64,000 nucleotides of DNA, taken from NCBI GenBank assembly GCA_973895155.1, contig OZ316891.1:13795037-13859036 (forward strand), given 5' to 3'. A model generated the notes under the pieces. The model made no database searches and had not been told where the DNA came from. It saw only the letters and a list, made by a program, of their open reading frames with translations. Source of the DNA: Marsupella aquatica (Eukaryota > Plantae > Marchantiophyta). Positions within the stretch are counted from its first letter, which is position 1; each line of letters begins with the position of its first letter. Positions 60,011-64,000 of this stretch are shown one piece after another. The translations under genes were made by a program, and so were the position numbers.

Positions 60011-60489
60011 TCAGACACTTATATGAGACAATAGTAGACCCTTGGACGCAGACACACTAGGGGAGGGAGTAACGGCGACTGGAGGAGAAACAAGGAAAAC
60101 GGAGGGCAGGCGGATTGATGAGTAATCAGAGTCATGGGGGACGCCCACGACAAAATAATGGCGTGCCAAGTTCCCGTTGACCTTTGACTTTAGTGCCGGG
60201 TGGATACCAGCGAACTCTTGTACCGTACTGAAACAGCTAAAGCGCTCCCACATGTCGTACCTTTGGATAGCAGACAAGAAGCTTGTCTCCCCGGGCGCGA
60301 CAAAACGTGGTCAGTGACGACCTCGTCGTAACTCGCTCGTTTTACCGCAGTGTTTGGTCGGGCAGCATTCGCGGCTATATCCTGTACGATAACTGTTTTC
60401 CCCGGCTGCATGGGGCCATGCTGCCATGGGATCCATGGCATGCCCAGCTGCCCGGCGGGCCATGGGGCCGGACCGGGGCATGGAGCCAT
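60011..60489 (-). pseudogene. Unidentified GC/CpG-rich coding-like fragment (frameshifted, or first exon of an unresolved gene)
   Basis: ATG at 60489 gives MAPCPGPAPW...SYDEVVTDHVLSRPG. A 1-bp shift near 60290 joins it to SFLSAIQRYDMWERFSCF...ARHYFVVGVPHD. It is a CpG-rich island in AT-rich surroundings. Confidence 0.35.
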
Positions 60490-63400
60490 AGACGAAGAAG
60501 GGTTTAGTACTACTACTACACTACTGTAACGGCGCCGCCCTACACAATATACTCGGAGGGCCGTGGTAATGTAGGGCCCGGCGGCCAGCACTCTAAAGTG
60601 TAAAGTACCGTGTAGGATCTGGGCGACGCGAGCAATTTTGGAAACAAATAGTTTATATCATTGCAGAATTTTCCCGTTCGACAGGCGTCCGCGCGCTACG
60701 GGTGGCCGGGACTTTGTTTTCCCCTTTTGACCTGCCGGCGGGATCCTTTGCTGGGGCAGATGGGCTGCCGGCGTGCCCCTATGCTTGAGTGGGGAACTTA
60801 ATTTTTAAGGATATTTCGTTTCCTTTTAACAGTGTGAAGGGGAGTAATTTTTAGTGTTTCTTCTTTGTCACCTTATGTATGTAGTAAGATTTTGTTTACA
60901 TCTCAGCTCCAGGTTTGAGGGATTATTATTGTGTATCATGCCCTGGTAACAAAATAACAATCATGCAATCATAAGTTCTAGTTTTGAGGAATTATTATTA
61001 TCCATCGTGCCCCTGTTGATAATCACACATCAAAATGTGGCTGCATTCATTGATTGAAAAAAAAAACTAGGGTTATCACGGTATGCAAAGGTGTCATACA
61101 TCGTATATGTCATATTTTGATCCATCGTGCCCTGATAACAAAACAACAATCATGCAATGATAACCCAGTCATACCCAGGACATAGTTGAGTGTACAATTG
61201 TCCAATTCACAACATTGGGCTCATTTATATATTATAGTTTGCAAAGAAAATCTAGCATTTATGACAGTACTCTAGAGAGAAACTACAGGCCATCATTTAT
61301 GTTTGATAAGTATACTTTACTTGTGAGAAAGGATGAACATGGGACCTTGGGCGTTGCAATAATTGCACTTCCAAATATTGACATATATGGCGTGCTACAT
61401 CTGTCCATATCATGATAAATATCATTATTTTCTTTAAATCAATCATTATTATATTATCACATTTTGATGTTGATTACCAGCAGGGGAACCTTGGCACAAA
61501 GAACCCTTCCTATACCACATGGGTATTCAGGCTAGTATCACTTTCTTCCAACTTCATTGAATTGTTTTTCTGTAAATAGGTAGTCCTGTTGACAATCACC
61601 AAGTAAAATAGAAGCACCCTCAACCCAAGGTGATAACCAGCGGGAATGAGTGATCCAGCAAACAATCCATAAACAGACTGAAAGAGATAAAATCTTTCTG
61701 ATAAAAACAGAGGACCATGGCCCATGAAAATGAAACTCTAGTGTAACAAGGCAGCAAGATGGAGACGACCACTCAGGTCAAAAACAATGTCAGCTGGTGC
61801 AATTAAGAAGTTGAACTTTCATGGCAGAGTGGTTTAGACAAAGTAACATGTGTAGAAGAAGTGGGGAAAGGAACAATGTGAAGAATGAGAGTGTGAGGGA
61901 AGAGAGGTGTAACTATGTAAGGCATCTTTCATGTTCTCACCTTTGAGCTAATTAAGCTGATTGAGCAACAAACACCAAAATCAAGTAAATATTCAAGTTG
62001 TTGATTCCACATATAAGTTTGACTTGGGGGTTTACTTTAGTGTATTTTTCAGGATACCATGTGAAAGCTTGAGCTAATTCAAATACTCTACTTTCTAAAA
62101 ATCATATTTTATCAAAATTTCTACTCTACGTCTTGAAGTGATATATTTTACTTTAGAAAATGTATACAATACTTTGTTTTACATCTCACCCTGCGTTCAA
62201 ATTGGTCAAAACCCTATGAAAATAACTGTTGCATTGCACATGTCTTATACTTTTTTATAGTTGACCGACCATAAGTTTGAAGAATGTGGCAAGCAGTGAA
62301 GGTCAAATCGTTGAGCTTTCGCCGTGTTTTGGGGGCTGGATTCTCAGGTGGGGTTCCTATTCCCCCTTCCCCTCCCAAAATCAAAAGAAGAAAAAAGTAA
62401 AATGTTGAAATGTAAATACATATTACAATGCCAAGGAACAAAAAATGCCAAACGTGGAGTCACGAAACCAAAGGTAGGAGACCCAATAAAGGGGAGAAAA
62501 GAAAGCAAAAACCCATACCTCTCTTTTTCTCTTCAGTATGGCGGTGCATGGTGATTCAACTTTCTGGAACTTAAAGCTCAGATGCTGCCTTTTCGTGACA
62601 CATGTGCACACAGCTGGTTGATGAAATATATATATAGAACAACTAGCGTCAAACCAGGACACATGATCTCAAAGGTAGGAAACACATTATCCCAAATAAA
62701 GAAGCCAAACCAAGGGAAAATTAGAGAAAGACCAAAGGGCCAAATAAGCCCTAGAGTCTTGAACACCGGCAACAACAACGAAAACCCTCCCAGAAGAAAA
62801 GTTCAGGTAATAGGAAATTAGGCATACCCAATTACATTTTTCATAATTCTTGCCTCTGACCAGGATGCATCTTGGTGGGTTGGCTCCTGGATCTGTCTTC
62901 TTTGTGATGCATGTTTCCTCTACTGCCTTTTACTTGTAAAGTATACTTGAAGAAACAGATATCATTCTAAAACTTTATGTATATAAAAGAAAATTATTCC
63001 TCAATCAGAGAGCTACACTTGATACATCCTGGCACCATCTACAATTTTCCCCGCAATTAATGTTATGCACGCAATTCTGGTGAAGCAAATTTGTGGCTTA
63101 AATCATGAATCAGTGTTACCAAATTTTGTTTAACATGCATTCAAATGACTAGTTTTGGCCCAATAGGTGTTGGGGTTCTGCATGAAAATCCTGGCCTTAG
63201 AATGGACGAATCAGTGTAAGTCACACTAATTAGATGCTAACACTTATAGCCAAGAAGGTTGTAGAGGTGTAAAGGAGTGTATTTCCTAAGCACCCATACA
63301 ACCGACAGAAAATGTAAAGGATATACTGTGTGATTGTGTCAAATACAACAACCCCAAAGAATCTTGGTTTCCTTTTCTCTTTCCCCCCTTGAAAAAGGGG

Positions 63401-64000
63401 GAAAAAAAGACCCAAAGGCGGAGAAGCAGTATATTTTTACTGGGATTTTGTTTGTCACTGAAAATGTATCAGTTTGAGACATTAAAGAGCAGACGTTAAG
63501 CACTGATGGACTGATGGGGTATGATGTCAAGCACACAGTACTGTAGCAAGAAGCGAAGGGGACAAATATGATTCAGGTTAGACATTTCTTGGGAAACTCA
63601 TTTGCAACTGCTTGGGTCCCACTTTTAGATGCTGCCCCACGTTTTCATTTAGGTGATAAGAAATTGAGGTCTAAATTTTTTATGTGTGCAAAGAGCTTTA
63701 GTGAACCCCACCTTGAGACAGGGTTTGTGCAAAAGATGGTCAACTTATGAAACTTGTACTTGGAACCTTACTTGCCACAATGATGATTGCTATCCTAGGC
63801 ATACTTGTTGAGATGGCTATTGCCCCGCAAACTTTGGACTTATGTAGATCCATGCACATGAAGATATACACTCTCATGTCTTCACCCTCTATGAAGAATG
63901 GACAGCACATACAACAAACCACATTGAATGGTGGGACTTACTATGCAACAGTACATGGATTTTCTTGATCAATGGACCCTTAAGAGATACCATGCACTTG

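Overview
Eukaryotic, intron-rich plant nuclear DNA, most likely a bryophyte (liverwort-like). The organism is inferred from gene content and TE types, not determined. Four intact multi-exon genes could be assembled by hand with GT-AG introns and consistent phases: a TBL/PC-esterase-like SGNH O-acyltransferase (-, 14987-20061), head-to-head with an RlmN-like radical SAM RNA methyltransferase (+, 20908-23793); a tandem stress-responsive A/B-barrel (Dabb) protein (+, ~29481-33314); and a DOXC-class 2OG-Fe(II) dioxygenase (-, 40821-42928). The first 14.5 kb is a nest of transposons. A decayed L1/Tx1-type LINE with a twin-priming 5' inversion is interrupted by (i) the right arm of a CACTA/EnSpm element and (ii) a 5.9-kb insertion. 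The CACTA arm carries a TnpA-like pseudogene and a divergently transcribed gene joining a transposase-associated Cys/His module to a SET-domain-like region. The 5.9-kb insertion is flanked by a 7-bp direct repeat, has non-matching LTR-like ends and holds an intact 617-aa orphan ORF. The rest is intergenic: a tRNA-derived SINE with a 13-bp TSD, a TTAA-flanked MITE, two copies of an element with asymmetric hairpin termini, minisatellites and perfect hairpins. No CRISPR array, rRNA or intact tRNA was found. All family assignments come from motif recognition by eye; no searches were run.
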